A DNA stretch of 63,917 bases, the filler included, from Octopus bimaculoides (Eukaryota): assembly GCF_001194135.2 (NCBI RefSeq). It is 5 parts of 5 records of this genome, joined end to end, with 100 filler letters (N's around TTAATTAATTAA, not from the genome) between each part and the next. Parts side by side here need not be neighbours in the genome. Positions count along the whole stretch, not along the records: positions 1 to 31,262 come from NC_068985.1; 4 more parts are not named here. One strand, 5' to 3'. A model generated the notes under the pieces. That model made no database searches. It saw only the letters and a program-made list of their open reading frames with translations, and had not been told where the DNA came from. Positions 11,338-25,000 of the stretch are shown here, piece after piece (the first letter of the stretch is position 1; every line of letters begins with the position of its first letter). Position numbers and translations under genes: made by a program.

Positions 11338-11677
11338 TTTAGTTGGCACTCCGTCGGTTACGACGTCGAGGGTTCCAGTTGATCCGATCAACGGAACAGC
11401 CTGCTCGTGAAATTAACGTGCAAGTGGCTGAGCACTCCACAGACACGTGTACCTTTAACGTAGTTCTCGGGGATATTCAGCATGACAAGGCTGACCCTTT
11501 GAATTACAGGCACAACAGAAACAGGAAGTAAGAGTGAGAGAAAGTTGTGGTGAAAGAGTACAGCTTTAGGTGTTTTCGCTCAATAAACACTCACAACGCC
11601 CGGTCTGGGAATCGAAACGGCGATCCTATGAGCGCGAGTCCGCTGCCCTAACCACTGGGCCATTGCGCCTCCACTCC
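11338..11677 (-). mobile_element. tRNA-derived SINE, family B, with 13-bp TSD and internal deletions
   Basis: Reverse complement of 5994-6382, lacking an internal block of ~45 bp. The TSD tgcctgactatgt lies at 11325-11337 and 11678-11690. Confidence 0.92.
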
Positions 11678-11824
11678 TGCCTGACTATGTAATACTTATT
11701 AATATCATACTAAAAACAATCAGCTTTATTTGCTTCAGTTGAGTAGTAAGCGATAACTATTTGGTTTGCACTGTTTTAACTGTGAAGTTTGTAACATTTT
11801 CAATCATTTACCAAATTAGTGGGA

Positions 11825-12033
11825 TTGGTTTCAAATTTTAGCACAAGGCTAGCAATTTCAGAGAAGGGGACAAGTAGGTTACAACGACCCCTGGTGGTAC
11901 TTATTTTATCGTCCAGAAAGGATGAAAGGTAAAGTCGACCTCTGTAGAATATTAAACTCAGAATGTACAGACGTACAAAATGCCGCTAAGCGTTATGCCC
12001 GGCGCGGTATCGATTCTGCCCGCTCGCTGCTTT
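11825..12033 (-). mobile_element. tRNA-derived SINE, family D
   Basis: ggtttcaaattttagcacaagg...gatgaaaggtaaagtcgacc...gattctgcccgctcgc; homologous to 36062, 44958 and 59897. Confidence 0.7.
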
Positions 12034-14091
12034 GTGTGACATTAGTAATATTAATAGAAGTGAAATGAAAGAACGGCAATCGAGAAGTGAAACCTCTTCA
12101 CTGGCCAATTTTTCCTGTCTTGGTTTGTGTTTGTTATCTTGGAATCCTCTGTTTAGTGGGTTAATCCACTACTCAGGAAGAAACTATTCTAAGAGTGCGT
12201 CCTGCCTTATCTTCGAAACGCCTAGTTTAGAATAGAGGTAGCTGATGAAGGAATAATTCCACAAGTGGCTTGTTTGTTTTCCTATGTGTTCGTTCCGTTG
12301 TCTGTAGTTCATATTTCTAACGTCCTGTACCCGAATATGCATCTATATACACATGTAGATGTAGGTATGTACATATATGTTTGTATACATGCATATGCTT
12401 ATATATCCTTTGTATACTTACAATACCACACTGCTTCACACAACATTATGTCGGAGGTCGTAGCCATAAGAAAGACAGATTTAATACTTTTCTATTAGCC
12501 GAAGTGTTTTTTGGTGAGGAGAGAGTCAGATTAGCGTCAAACCTGCTTCTTCGTGCTTCCTCTATCAGACTTAATGATTCTTTATTAAGCTAAACTGTTC
12601 TAACTCTTAAAGAATTGCTAGCAATTCAGACCAGAGATTTGTAAGTTGCTTTTCAGACAGGCTATAAAATATCTAATCAAAATCGGATTCATCGTTATGG
12701 TAATTTATGATCAAAACTGGAAAATATCTGTCAGCTATTGTGCTGAGATGTTTAAGAAATATTCTGTTGCCAACAAATCATGCAGCCAGATAGGGAGGTA
12801 ATCATAATCTAAAATTAATTCTCATTTCTAACCTTCAGGCAGGTGAACATACTTGTTTTAAAACGAGCGAAGAGGAAAAAAAAACTAGCAAATTGTAAAA
12901 TTGTTTGTCGCATCAGAGCAAACTACCTTCTATTTACTTCAATTAATGATTTGTTTTTTAACTCATTGCTCCACCCTCTAAAATATTTTGACGGTTTTAT
13001 TACTGTTGTTGCTGACATATTTTGTTATTCGTAGAGGTAGATATTACTTCTGATTTTAGAAAAAAAAACGTCATGTTATTACTGTTATTACTGTTACTCA
13101 TGTCATTGCGGTTGTTTTTGTTGCAAACATTATTGCTTTTTTTGTGTGTGTATGTTTATGTGTTTGTGCGTGTGGATTTTATTTATCTGGTTTTTCTTTC
13201 TTTTTGTCGTTATTATATTTGTATCTATTGCTACAATTGCTATAAAATCAGTAAATGTTGTTTTCGTTATTACTGTTCCTCTTGTGATAACTTCTATTAA
13301 TGATATATGTCTATTTTTTTTTTTTTTTTTTTTACATCCTTTAATTGCCAGATACAAGTTTGTCATCAATAATTTTTTTTTTTTTTTCCATTCTGAGTAT
13401 CATTTTAGACAGCAACATTTAATTATGGTTTCTCACATGAGCACAAGACCACAATTTTTTAGAAGAGGGATAAAGTGGATTGAATTGACTCAAATACATG
13501 ACATTCTTATTTTATCGACTGTGCGGTGATAAAAGCCATTCTAAAGCCTGGTGAAATTTGTGATCAAAACGGAGAGGAAAGAAACTAAATACTGTACGAC
13601 ATCAGGTCTAATGTTCTATCACTTCTACCACAACACCGCCTATATCATATCATAATAAAGCAGAGAATTATGAACACGCGAAATGATGATTTCGAGGAGG
13701 CATTAGTCAGCACCTTAAGATCAAATATACGCTAAACGTATCTCTATGCATCTGAGCGAACCTTTAGTTTCACTAGAAACTAAGAATAAAGCCTAGACCC
13801 TCTGTTACCTTTTACAGACTGGCGAACACAAATTGAAAGTTATCTTTCAACCGCTTAGCAATGAAATCGGAGTCAAACAAATGTCTTATGAAACAGTGAT
13901 AGCACCGAAAGTTATATATCTATACATCTATCATCACACACATAGGTGTGTGTACATACATATGATTTAAAAGGAATGCTTGGTGTTACCGAAGTTTCAT
14001 GTTGAATCTTAGCAATTTTTCAACCGCACTTCGAATAAATAACACTGACACAACAGCAATATTTGTTAGGCTAAATGCCTAATGCATGTGC

Positions 14092-14136
<45 letters not shown>

Positions 14137-14593
14137 CATATGCACACACACTAGGTATTCAGCCTAACACAGATGCATTCACTTATAGATATGCATGCAT
14201 CCGTACAAACACACACATGCTTATATANNNNNNNNNNNNNNNNNNNNNNNNNNNNNNNNNNNNNNNNNNNNNNNNNNNNNNNNNNNNNNNNNNNNNNNNN
14301 NNNNNNNNNNNNNNNNNNNNNNNNNNNNNNNNNNNNNNNNNNNNNNNNNNNNNNNNNNNNNNNNNNNNNNNNNNNNNNNNNNNNNNNNNNNNNNNNNNNN
14401 NNNNNNNNNNNNNNNNNNNNNNNNNNNNNNNNNNNNNNNNNNNNNNNNNNNNNNNNNNNNNNNNNNNNNNNNNNNNNNNNNNNNNNNNNNNNNNNNNNNN
14501 NNNNNNNNNNNNNNNNNNNNNNNNNNNNNNNNNNNNNNNNNNNNNNNNNNNNNNNNNNNNNNNNNNNNNNNNNNNNNNNNNNNNNNNNNNNNN

Positions 14594-14639
<46 letters not shown>

Positions 14640-15974
14640 GGACTTCTGTATGTACGTATGTATGTATGTTCATTTGTTTCTACATGCTGTTACCTGTTTA
14701 TGTGTCAATGTATACATGCATACAGCTTGCTATATGATACTTATAAGTATAAAAGTTATTTGTCCATGTGAAAGCATCTATTTAAGTATTTACTAAGCAT
14801 AAAAATGTGTCTTTGTTTTGTGTCGTATGTGTGTATGTGTTGTGTGTGCGGGCACGAGTGTGAATGAACGCAAGCTGTACGTACGTAGGGGCTATTTTTT
14901 TTTCTTTTTCTATTTTTAATTATTCATCCAATACGTTGTTTGTTTTTATTGATGATTGTAAATTGCAATGGTTCTGTTCTTGGCATTTTTATATTGTTTT
15001 TTTTTTATAGTCGAAATTCTGATTGGTGTTGTTCATCATTGTCACATTCTTAGGAAGATTATTTGTTGAATTTTGTTTGAATGTTTTGTTTTTCTTTGGT
15101 GTGGTGGGGGGTCGCTTTTTTTTTACCTTAAATTCTTTTATTTTCTGTTGCAGCAACAGTTATTATTTGCATTTACTATTGCTATTGCAGTAGCTACGAT
15201 TGCTGCAGTTATTCTTGTGTTTGTTTTTGTTGTTGTTCTTGTCGTTGTTATTGCTCTTCTTCCAACTGTTGCTGCTGCTGTTACTCACGTCGTGTGTTTT
15301 CGTCAAACCAGCACTGAGGACTAATTGGAATTTCTCAAGGAAACCTTTGGTTGCTAATGATGAAGATAATTTAGAATGATCACTACTTTTGTTGATTGGG
15401 ATATTATACGATGTAGACAGCAATATTTCAAGCTTCCGGGTAAATAATGAAGGGAATTAAGTAGAGGGAAGAGGATATAAAATAAGGAGAACGAAAGACA
15501 AATGAGGTCCTGGAGTAGGCAAATGGATGAGACAAAGGAAATTGTATCGATGTTGACAGAAACTTGATGGAGTACATGTATAGAAGAGAGATGATGACAG
15601 AGTGTGTATATGAGAGAGAGACAGGGAGAGAGAGGAATAAAGGAATAAAGGAATAAAGCTATGGAGAAGGTGGAAGATTGCGGGATTAAGAGGAGGTGAA
15701 AAGTAATGAGAAAAGGGGAGACAGAATAAAGAAAAAATAATAACGTGGTTATTATGTGGAAGAAGTTGTAAACAGAGATGAAATTTAATAGATGAAAAAA
15801 TAAGAAATGAGCAATAAAAAAAACGACATAGATTATCTAAAGAGAGACGGAACATGGTGTAAATAACCTCTTCTTTGTGCCATCAGGCCAACGAGCAACA
15901 CCTTCACAAATGCAGCATTTTGGTCGTGAACATTTTTACAAGGCACTCTCTTATAGCTTAAGTACAGATAACTA

Positions 15975-16140
15975 CGTCACCCCTATCTGGATAAAGACCT
16001 AGAACAAACAGTACAAGGTTTGTTTCGTCGATCCTGAAAAGATGAAAAGTAAAGTTGACTTCAGAATGTAAAGAGCCATAACAAATGCCGCAGAGCATTT
16101 AGTCCTACGCTTTTATGATTCTGCCAATTTTGCCCTGGGA
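15975..16140 (-). mobile_element. SINE family D, diverged
   Basis: gatgaaaagtaaagttgact...aatgccgcagagcattt...gattctgccaatt. Confidence 0.5.
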
Positions 16141-16504
16141 GACAGCCAGCCAGCTAAATAGGTAGATATGAAGAAGACTAGTAAGCGATACAGAAATAAA
16201 TGCGAGATAAAGAAAGAGAAAGAGAGAGAGAACAATGAATAAGACAAAGACATGAAGTGCAAGGAAAAGATGATAGAAGTAAATCGGCAGAGAAAAACAA
16301 ATCATTATAGGTTCTTGTCACGAAAGCAGACAGTGCCCATGATCCGTTATAGGGCCTCAGTGATTAGTGGAGGAGAAAGAGGGAGGAGGAAAATGTGTCC
16401 TTAAATCTAAAACCTCATCCGAACGTTTGAAACAGAGTGAGCCCCGCTAAAGGTACTGAAGACGCCAAGTTTTCGTGATAAACCAGACGACGAATTAAGC
16501 TTAC

Positions 16505-16540
16505 CGTCAAAGTAGGGCATGGCGGGATCTGAAAGAAATC
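16505..16540 (-). other. Candidate 36-nt host exon (unverified)
   Basis: The minus strand reads ttatgctttgcag|gatttctttcagatcccgccatgccctactttgacg|gtaagc. Acceptor and donor are canonical and the length is frame-preserving; one frame reads (x)FLSDPAMPYFD. Confidence 0.25.
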
Positions 16541-16584
16541 CTGCAAAGCATAAAGTCTGACGTTTTTACATTTTCACCAAACTA

Positions 16585-16720
16585 TCACCTTGGATTGGTA
16601 CTTTATTTATCGACCCCCGAAAGTATGAGTTGGCATCTGGTTTGAACTCTGAGCGCAGTGAGTCGGAACAAATATCACGAGTCATTCAATCCGACGCTCC
16701 AACGACTTTACCAATTAGCC
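16585..16720 (-). mobile_element. SINE family D, diverged
   Basis: attggtactttatttatcgacccccgaaag...tttgaactc. Confidence 0.5.
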
Positions 16721-19700
16721 ATTCATACAACATGTCAATTTGTCAGTTTACAAAGCGGGGTTGGCTAGATAGCAAGAAATACATTAGATAAAAACGCATA
16801 CGTAGAAAATAACTATGTTAAGAAGAAGAAATTATTAACTGCAAAAGATTTTCAAGCAAATATTAATTTTCAGTCATTTCAATATTACTTTTAACTGGCA
16901 CCGACACTAAATGACACATATGTTTCAACTTCAAAACACTGTGGGTGCGACGAACGATTATATTGTTATTGTTTGAGATAGAAGTTATTAATTTCATGCC
17001 AGCTCAATAAATAATAAGGCATACTTGTAACATAACTATTTGTAAGTGATGTATCTTTTCATAAAATATATCCAATAGCATTTTTTAATTTAAAAAGAAA
17101 AAGCAGTTTAAAAATAGGGGAAAATTTTACGCAGCTGCTTCTGTGTTTGTGTAGAACAAAATTTTCATTTTAACAATATTAGATTATTTGAAGAAATACG
17201 CAAAACAAAATAGCTTGTTGTTAATAACTCAACGAAATTAGTCAATATAGTTCCATAAATTTCATGAAAAATATCTCTATATTTGAGGCGTTACGGCTAT
17301 TATCTATCAAACAAGAATTACATCAATAATTTTTCTGCAAAGAAATCAATATGAATGTAAGTGAAGAGTATTCTAGGGGTAGTGGAACTGAAACGGAGAT
17401 TTTTGTTTTGATCCTTGATTCCAGTTAATTTTGTCCACTCCATCTCATGCTAAGACCATCTTCAATACAACTAATCACCAATTCACTGATAATGTTGATG
17501 AGGCATAATCAAGCAAAAAAATTCAAGCATATGTAGTTTAACTCCATTTATTTCACCTATGTGTGAAGCAAATAATTTATCAGTTTTAATGACTACTTCT
17601 TGCCATGAATATGAACAGATTATTCTAGAGAAACTGTGGGTTATAAAACACTGAAATAGTTCTCCAATTCTGGCTAGTGAAGATTAGGTTTTAGATACTT
17701 CTAAATTGGCGATGTTTCAGCCATTATGGAGCAGAATTTTTCTTAAGTACCGAAAACGAAGATAAATGTTTCTTTCGCTTATATACCTACAAGGCCCTTT
17801 CTGCAAAGAGAGGGAGTAAAGGCGATTTGATTGATCTACTACATATATGTAACTAGTACTTATTTTCTCGATCTCCACGAAATTTGATTTCAGAATAGAG
17901 ATTAGGTGAAGCAGATAGCATAGAACAGTCCATCTCCATCGCCTTTACAGAGAAGAATTACGATTCGGTTATAAACGAGATCTGATGGCCCTGAAAATGA
18001 AGATTAACATGATTTTCGGGGAATACTATATTAGAGTTCCCATTACCTGCTGCATACCCTTAGGAGATGAATCCTCAACGTTATGATTAGCTAATTATAC
18101 AACGCTACCGCTGCTTATAACTGGGAGCTATAATTTTTCCATTGTACCTGTTTACTGTTAGATGGACTTACTTAATAAGATTTGCACGTATTGGCCATGG
18201 GTGCTGTCTAATATCAGTGGTGAGATATAAACTTTCAACCGTTCGATTCTTAATTCGTCAGCCTATAGACTTCCACTTCCTCATCGGGAGACATATTTAC
18301 AAGAGCTCTTACAGCGAAGTAGATAACTGAAGGTATTTTGTTGCGAAGAGTATAGTAAATTTGCATTTTTTTTTATCTGGTACCTTTTAAGACGTAAACG
18401 ATGATAAGTTATCACATAATTTCTCAAAAGTTCTCCTACGATATATTGCAAAAGAATTGGAGAAAAACATTTTCAGTAAGCACTACTGTGCTGTTTTACC
18501 TAAGTTTCATGTTTCTTAGTACTTTGCAGATTCAATTTATTCATTCAAAAATTTATGTGGTTGAAACCGACTTTCGTGTTTCTTGGTTCACTTAAAAGTT
18601 AGATACTTATATTAATGCAGATACAATTTGCTTTATATTGTTAGCGAGAGAAAAATATTTTGATCGGCTTTATGTTCTTAATTTATTTATCTATCAATTT
18701 AATGTTAAACAATTGTCATCTTTTTCTTTCTCTATTACTGTTATGGCTGTTGCTGTAGTTGTCTTTGTGGTAGTAGAGGTGTTGGTAGAGGTGATGTTGG
18801 CAGTATGGTGAGGTGAGGTGGGGGTTATATTTGTTGTTACTGTTTGATTTTATTTCACTTTATTTTCCTATGGTGCTTAAATTAATCAGATTGCAAGCTC
18901 ATGGCCATACATATCCAATGACTGAAACGAGAGTTTATTTCTGTAACCGCTAAAACAAACTTGATAGCTTAAAGCCAACCTCAACTTAGTCATGCAGCTA
19001 TTTACCATTTATTTTTCGACAGAATTATGCTATAAGCCAAATGTTCAATGAGGAACCATTATTCTCTTTCCTCTTCTGCTTATTTTCTTCTTATTCTCCA
19101 TATTCTTGCTCTTCTTTTTGTTCCTCTTATTCTTGTTCTTTTTTTTTATGATTTCATGTTTCTTTATTTCTTCTCCTTATTCTTTTCGCTCTCTTTCTTT
19201 CTTTTCTTATATTCTGCTTCTCTTTCTATCATACAAGACGATGTAAAAGGAGAAGAATCACAATTCTTACTGCTGAAAACACAAACTATCAAAGCATCGA
19301 CGTTGTAATCCGCTTTACAGATTTGTGGAGCTGTTCTCTAGTTGTTAGCATTTTGGCTAGAAAACTATTGTTATGCAAAGGTGAATCCATTTTGGCTTTT
19401 CGTGTCGAAGAAAATATCGGCACAATGGAATTTGCAATGTTATACAGCTTGCTTAATGGAAATGCTCTTACAGAAGCAAAAGGGAAACGGGAGAAGAGAA
19501 AAAAAAAAAAAAGAATACTTTTCCACAAAATCTCGCTTTCATTTTAAAATATTCCAACATTCTATTGTGTCTATATTTGTTATCATTTTTACTTTGTTTG
19601 CTTCTTTTGTAACGTGTTTTGTAGTGCTTTATAGCGATACTTAACCGCCTTTTTCTCTTCATCACCATCACCATAATCCTCATCAACCCCTTCGTCTTTA

Positions 19701-19734
19701 TCATAATCATTTCTATTGTCAATTATGATCGTTG

Positions 19735-19746
19735 TTGTTGTTGTTA

Positions 19747-19784
<38 letters not shown>

Positions 19785-19808
19785 ATTATTATTATTATTA
19801 TTATTATT
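19735..19808. repeat. (GTT)/(ATT)n microsatellite
   Basis: Direct reading. Confidence 0.95.
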
Positions 19809-20505
19809 AATGCCGTCATTAATACCGATACCATCGCCATCACTACTATACCCATCGATATTAAAGCAGCCATTTTTTTTTNNNNNNNNNNNNNNNNNNN
19901 NNNNNNNNNNNNNNNNNNNNNNNNNNNNNNNNNNNNNNNNNNNNNNNNNNNNNNNNNNNNNNNNNNNNNNNNNNNNNNNNNNNNNNNNNNNNNNNNNNNN
20001 NNNNNNNNNNNNNNNNNNNNNNNNNNNNNNNNNNNNNNNNNNNNNNNNNNNNNNNNNNNNNNNNNNNNNNNNNNNNNNNNNNNNNNNNNNNNNNNNNNNN
20101 NNNNNNNNNNNNNNNNNNNNNNNNNNNNNNNNNNNNNNNNNNNNNNNNNNNNNNNNNNNNNNNNNNNNNNNNNNNNNNNNNNNNNNNNNNNNNNNNNNNN
20201 NNNNNNNNNNNNNNNNNNNNNNNNNNNNNNNNNNNNNNNNNNNNNNNNNNNNNNNNNNNNNNNNNNNNNNNNNNNNNNNNNNNNNNNNNNNNNNNNNNNN
20301 NNNNNNNNNNNNNNNNNNNNNNNNNNNNNNNNNNNNNNNNNNNNNNNNNNNNNNNNNNNNNNNNNNNNNNNNNNNNNNNNNNNNNNNNNNNNNNNNNNNN
20401 NNNNNNNNNNNNNNNNNNNNNNNNNNNNNNNNNNNNNNNNNNNNNNNNNNNNNNNNNNNNNNNNNNNNNTATATACATACATTCATACGTACGTACGTAC
20501 ATACA

Positions 20506-20536
<31 letters not shown>

Positions 20537-21844
20537 GCATACGTAGATGCATATGTATATTTATGTGCGTGTTTATCGTAATTTATATTTTGGGTTTACA
20601 AATATATGTGTCCTCATATATACAATATACGGCGCACAAGTGTAGGTATATACATTCGCTATATACGCTCTTATATGCATGCTCGTAGGTATTCATGTGC
20701 ACATAAAATCACATGTTCTCACATACGTACGCACACATATATTTTTGTATGTGCATATATGTATGTACGTATGTACGTATGTATGTATGTATGTATGCAT
20801 GTATGTATGTATGGATGGATGGATGGATGGATGGATAGATGGATGTATGTATGTATGTATGTATGTATGTATATATGCATGCATGTTCGTTTGCACGTAT
20901 CTATATTCTAGTTTATATTATTATTATGGGGTTATGTGCATGAATGTGTACATGCGCGTAGATGTGCAAGCATACATATGTGGATATATTGTCATGATAT
21001 GTTGTTACACAAACGCACGCACATACATTCAAAAATTAATGTGTGTGTTTCGTGTGTGCGCGTGCGTGTGTGTGCATGTGTATTGTGCGTGCATAAGGCT
21101 TGTGCATTACGTACATTCTCAACAAAGTGCAATATGCACTCACGGAGTGAGTAAGAGATGGGGGAAAGTCTAAAAATGACAAAGAAAAGGTTAAAAGAAG
21201 GAAAGAAGGAAAGTGAATGAAAGAAATGAGAAGAAAGAGAGGAAGAGAAACTAAGAACTCAAGTTGTGTTAGCTATTATAATCTCATGGAATATGGAAGT
21301 GAAGGAAAATGGTTTACGATCTAATAAATCAAAATTAGAGTCATATAAAGCCTAAGTTATTGTTTGAGATGTTTCTCGCTACAGTCAATGTTTACCACAA
21401 TTTTCATGTCTCCCCATCACCGCCATCACACCATCTTTTCTTTTCTTTTTTTTTTTGCATAATGAATGTTACAGCAAACTCATTCTCTTTCTCATAATTC
21501 GGAGAAAGTTTTCATGTTGTTCAGTTATTTGTTAATTATTATTTTGATAATGTTTATTGCTCTTTTATTATAGGTTATTTTTATGCGTTTTTTTTTTCTT
21601 CTTCTTGTCTTTGTCTTTCTTACTGTGGGAAAATTACTCTTTTTTAACTATACTCGTAAAATGGTAAGTAAAACTATGCTTTACAAAAGGCCTGACGCTT
21701 ATTCAGTTGTTTATCCCTCCAAATATTGACAGAGAAACTGATGGCTTGCTAACTTGGTATCGAAATTGAAAGTCAACCGAGTTGTCTTTTCCTATTGACG
21801 GAACGTTTATCTCTGCTAATTACTCATCGCAACAATAATGATTT

Positions 21845-22045
21845 GTCACATTGGCACAAAGCCAAAGGTTTATTGGGTAATGATTATCGTCAGTCAGATA
21901 AAACTGACATTATATCCCACTTGTGTTTATTTTATCGAACCCGCTAGATGTAAGTCAAAGACGACCTCGGTAAAATTTGAACTCGGGGTATAAAGGAGCG
22001 TAACTTAATACTGAAAAACATTTTCATAGTTAACGTGAAGTATAT
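21845..22045 (-). mobile_element. SINE family D, diverged
   Basis: ttggcacaaagcc...ttattttatcgaaccc...aagtcaaagacgacctcgg...tttgaactc. Confidence 0.5.
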
Positions 22046-25000
22046 TTGCCACTTAAATGCGGCTAACCCCTAAGGGTGAATGCTACTGTAGCTTGTAGCC
22101 CCAGGAGAACATCTCCTCCAGCTGGCTATTAACACACTTCCTGTGCCCTGTCGGTATTTGCAAAGGGAAGTCATCCTTCCCATCGTCGAGAATGATGAGA
22201 AAATGAAGGAACAGAGAACAATCTGTATTGATGAAATTGTTGAGATCTATGACTGTAAAGATATAGAAGAGATGAACTATGAAGCTGAGACATTCATACG
22301 TTTTCCAAGAAAAAAGCAAAAGAGAGATCACCTTAACTTCCAGTTTTGAAAACAGTAAAGTTGATCTGTTTGAAAATGGAGACTAAGTTCGTTCGCAACA
22401 TCTGCAGGCCACCATTGTTAATGTCTTTTGATATTGAAGAAGCTGATTTTTTTTTTCCTGGTAGAAAAGTAGAGTCACCTGAAAGATTTCAGGTTATATT
22501 ATTCATTTAATCGATATATTCTTCTAGAGAGATGAAAGGAAATGTTGATACCTTTATTCCTTTAAAACCGAGAGACCAAAACTAAATTCTACATAAAATT
22601 GCATTTGTCCGCACATCAGCTATCTCATTCCACTCATTAATGCTGCATGAAAGCAAAAAAAAAAATTGATATCTGTAGTAAATTATAAATTATAAGTGAA
22701 TTAAGCAGAAATTTTTGGAAGTTATACTGAAAATAAATTTTCGTAAATTGATAAATTAATTAATAGGAAGTAATTGTAAAGAAAATAGAAATCAAAACAA
22801 CAAGCAAAAAGAAAATATTTGATGGCGAAATTCATTGTATTTATTTTTTGGATATTGAAATGCTTCGTCTTATGGCTATATGTATCCATTTATGGAAGAG
22901 TAGAGTTATCAGCTAATAGTATCTTACAGTGTTGTTTTTGAAAGGGAAGCCAAATATAATAAGCTATTGAAAGAATCGAAAAAAAAAGTAACTTTGAAAT
23001 ATGAATGAAATAAATTAATTATTTGCAGAGAAAGAAAACTGTTATAAATGAATTAAATTTTCACATTTTATAATTTACACACCTAACAGTTTAGTTATAA
23101 TACATATGTTTTCCTCTGCGTGTGTGTGTGTGTGTGTGTGCGTATGTGTGTGTGCGTGTGTGTGTGTGTGTGTGTGCGTGTGTGTGTGCGTGTGTGTGTG
23201 TGTGTGAGTAAGTGAGTGTGTGAGATGGCAGTGAATCTTCGTCGTTTAACAATGAAGACTGTTGTTCTATCAACTGAATAGCTTGCTCATTGAATTAACG
23301 CTTAGTATCCCACAGACACATGTACCCTTAATATAATTCTCATGCAGAGTCAGTGTGGGATAGCGTGTGACGAGGTTGTACCATTTGAATCACGTGTTCA
23401 ATCCACCCGATGGGCGTCTCTACCGTTTCCGCTAATGCGATTGTTCTTTGGCTCTAACATTGCTCTTTCACACAACCACCTATGATTCTGATTTGAGAAG
23501 ACTATTTCCTTCAAATGATACTGCTATACCACTTGTGCTCATATCAATTCTTAGTGGTTTGATTATTCCATTGCCTAGTTGCAGTAACTTGTATACCAAG
23601 TGTCCAAATAATTTAATCTTCACGTAAACGGATTCTCATGTTGCCGGATAAGTGTAATTTTCTTACATTTCTCTAAAGATATGACTTTAAACAAATTTTT
23701 ATTTCATCTACTTATCTAAAATTCCAGGCCACTACCAAAATAGTTCATCCAATATCTTTTAGGTTATCTGGGTATCTTATTATACCTATCCAGAGCGTGT
23801 AATACTTGCTCTGTGAGACAATAAATATTCATTTCAAATAATTATTCTGCATCTATCTAGAACATCTACCATCTCAATTCTTTTGCTGTTATTGCATGTA
23901 ACATTTTTTTCATTTAGTACCAAACAGTAGAAGCTCCTCCCTCTCCCTCAGACAATACTTTGTCGTCAACGGCAATAAGTGCCACGTTTTATTCGGATGT
24001 TTTATTTGAGGCTGGTGTTCGAAGTCTAGCGATAGATGCTATCCGTGATTTTGCCATAAAGCAAATGGATAAGAAACACTACAAACTTGTAGTAAATTTT
24101 CTAAAACTGGTGGATGACTGTGAGAATGCTGTTTATCGTAGTTACCGCACCACCACTATTATCATCTTCACGAAAGCCTTTCTTGTTATATGACTTTTTC
24201 TATGCGTGCAGTTTTGGTTGAAGAGTAGCTAGATTGTTGTTTCCGTTGAGTTTCCGTTATTTTTATTTTAGTTGTTTTTGTTCTTGTAGCTTAGCCTTTG
24301 GTCAGCCTTTCTTCGAGCAGATCTATGAAGAAACACGTTCCAGCTGTGATCATGTTGGCATTCACTATACCATGAAGTATATTGTCCAATATAACCTTCT
24401 TTTTTTAAGGTGGTTGGGCATGAGTTGAGGAAAATGTAGAAGATATAACTAGCAATTTCAGCAACTGCATGGAGATTCACTTTGCTTGATAGATTGTATA
24501 GATACAGAGTTTCGGATTGAAATAAAGTGTTGATGTAAGTCTAAGACGTCTTCATATGTTTTCCTGTGGTATTAGCGGTATATTTGAAGTGAAAATATTA
24601 CAGATAGGAGTAGAATATTTTGGTTGGGTATTCTCAAAATCTAGGAAACTTGCCTCTGTGTTTCTGCATGGATACGTCACGAATTTGCTTGAAAAAAAAA
24701 TGCTTTAACAACCTTAACCATTAGGCGACAGATCTGTAAAAACTGTAGATTTTTGTACTACTGTATGGTTTTTCAATACAATTACTAAATCAGCTGGAAC
24801 GAAAATAGAAAAATGTCATCTATTAGCTACAGTCATTTCTTCAGCTGTTTACAGAAAGAATGATTTAGTCAACTGAATCATCCAAAATGAATCAATTGAA
24901 GTAATTTAATGATCTTAGCGGTATGAAAAGAAAATTTATACGCAGTAGCTTTTCAGGTCAGCATGCCGTACAAAATTTGATATTGCAAAGGTGATGTCCT

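Noticed and set aside
12180-12265. CTGATGA and GAAAC in close proximity (possible type II hammerhead)
   Set aside because: Stems I and II could not be paired in any register.
22060-22440. ORF 22143-22349 (MPCRYLQREVIL...)
   Set aside because: No recognisable motif or splice structure. It looks like a decayed repeat.
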